Assembly (NCBI GenBank): GCA_016931275.1
Contig: JAFGFA010000028.1
Location: 7,333 to 71,332, forward strand
Reading direction: 5' to 3'
DNA length: 64,000 nucleotides
Source: Parachlamydiales bacterium
GTDB taxonomy: Bacteria > Chlamydiota > Chlamydiia > Chlamydiales > SM23-39
Made by a program: the position numbers and the translations under genes. The notes under the pieces were generated by a model. That model saw only the letters and a program-made list of their open reading frames with translations, was not told the DNA's origin and did no database searches. This document shows positions 63,094 through 64,000 of the stretch, one piece after another (the first letter of the stretch is position 1; each line of letters opens with the position of its first letter).

Positions 63094-64000
63094 GTGCACG
63101 ACGAAGATGAACATGAGGAGATCGTTTCCGCTCCTATTAATGAGGAGTTGATACCGGAAGAGGATAAAGCAGGAAGCTTGCCTCCTGAAACTTTGTATCC
63201 TAAAGATATTTATATTATTCCTCTGACAAAACGTCCTTTTTTCCCGGGAATGGCCGCTCCTATTCTCATAGAAAGAGGTTCTTTTTATGATGTTTTGAAA
63301 ATGGTGGCCAAGACAGAGCATAAATGCCTAGGACTTTTTTTAACAAAAAATGAAAAGGCGAATATCTATAAAATCAACAATTCGGACCTTTATCCTGTAG
63401 GCATTTTGGCCCGTATTTTACGGATTATTCCTGTGGAAGGCGGAGGCGCTCAGGTTGTTTTGAATATGGAAAAGAGAATTTCCATTGTCGATAAAAGCGC
63501 TAAAACCGATAAATACCTTTCCGCTAAAATTGCTTATCAAGAAGATCCTCCTGTGGCTAAAATTTCAAAAGAACTCAAGGCCTATTCCATTAGTATTATC
63601 ACGACCATTAAGGAACTTTTAAAACTCAATCCGCTATTTAAAGAAGAATTACAAATTTTTTTAAGTCATTCTGAGTTCGCTGAGCCGGGTAAATTGGCCG
63701 ATTTTGCCGTTGCTTTGACTACGGCAACGAGAGAAGAACTGCAAGAAGTGCTCGCAGCATTTGATTTGCGTACCAGAATCGATAGGGCCCTTGTCCTTTT
63801 AAAAAACGAACTGGATCTTTCTCGGTTGCAAAGTACGATTAATCAGAGAATTGAGTCGACCATTTCTAAAACGCAAAGAGAATTTTTCCTTCGAGAACAG
63901 CTTAAAGCAATTAAGAAAGAATTGGGAATGGAAAAAGATGACAAAACATGCGATCTGGAAAAATTTCAAGAGCGCATGAAAAAAAGGAAGATCGCGCCTG
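63094..64000 (+). CDS. lon: ATP-dependent Lon protease (N-terminal ~302 codons; continues beyond the window end)
   Basis: My own translation from the GTG at 63094 (SD-like GAGGGG 4 nt upstream; an alternative GTG lies at 63082). It reads ...IIPLTKRPFFPGMAAPILIERG...LYPVGILARILRI... (LON substrate-binding domain) and ...QREFFLREQLKAIKKELG. The frame is open to position 64000. Confidence 0.88.
   Translation, partial: MHDEDEHEEIVSAPINEELIPEEDKAGSLPPETLYPKDIYIIPLTKRPFFPGMAAPILIERGSFYDVLKMVAKTEHKCLGLFLTKNEKANIYKINNSDLYPVGILARILRIIPVEGGGAQVVLNMEKRISIVDKSAKTDKYLSAKIAYQEDPPVAKISKELKAYSISIITTIKELLKLNPLFKEELQIFLSHSEFAEPGKLADFAVALTTATREELQEVLAAFDLRTRIDRALVLLKNELDLSRLQSTINQRIESTISKTQREFFLREQLKAIKKELGMEKDDKTCDLEKFQERMKKRKIAP

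Overview
The window is a low-GC, gene-dense stretch of chromosome (roughly 90% coding). I assign it to the phylum Chlamydiae, most likely an environmental (non-Chlamydiaceae) lineage. The basis is gene content and order, compared from memory with Chlamydia trachomatis: a giant fused SecD/SecF, uhpC, mip, rsbW, and a reduced ribosomal supercluster. That supercluster has no S10 before L3, no S14 or L30, and no adk/map/infA/L36; it runs secY-rpsM-rpsK-rpoA-rplQ-gapA. The window looks like three conserved chlamydial synteny blocks: (i) recJ-secDF / uppS-cdsA-cmk-plsC; (ii) trxA-trmL-mip-aspS-hisS ... uhpC ... dnaE-bamD-like-rsbW-dacC; (iii) lnt-lpxC-fabZ-lpxA-fmt ... rplC...rplQ-gapA. These are followed by dnaJ-rpsU, tsaB and lon. 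Two tRNA-Leu genes are present. I saw no rRNA, CRISPR array, transposase, integrase or phage genes. The interesting material sits at the block junctions and as insertions inside the blocks:
- An orphan double-glycine leader peptide gene.
- An 80-aa three-TM half-PnuC-like protein translationally coupled to a NadR-type ribosylnicotinamide-kinase-like protein.
- A ~6 kb insertion between hisS and uhpC, carrying an inverse autotransporter with a parallel beta-helix passenger, an ABC-2 exporter and two orphan genes.
- A pyruvate:ferredoxin oxidoreductase wedged between uhpC and dnaE.
- Two tandem paralogous Inc-like membrane/coiled-coil proteins plus an SLBB-only ComEA-like protein, at the fmt-rplC position where Chlamydiaceae carry the Inc protein Cap1.
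- A CIRCE operator in front of dnaJ.
- A 569-aa ankyrin-like plus SET-domain protein, a candidate host-chromatin effector.
All functional calls come from reading motifs by eye in the supplied translations. No database search was run.
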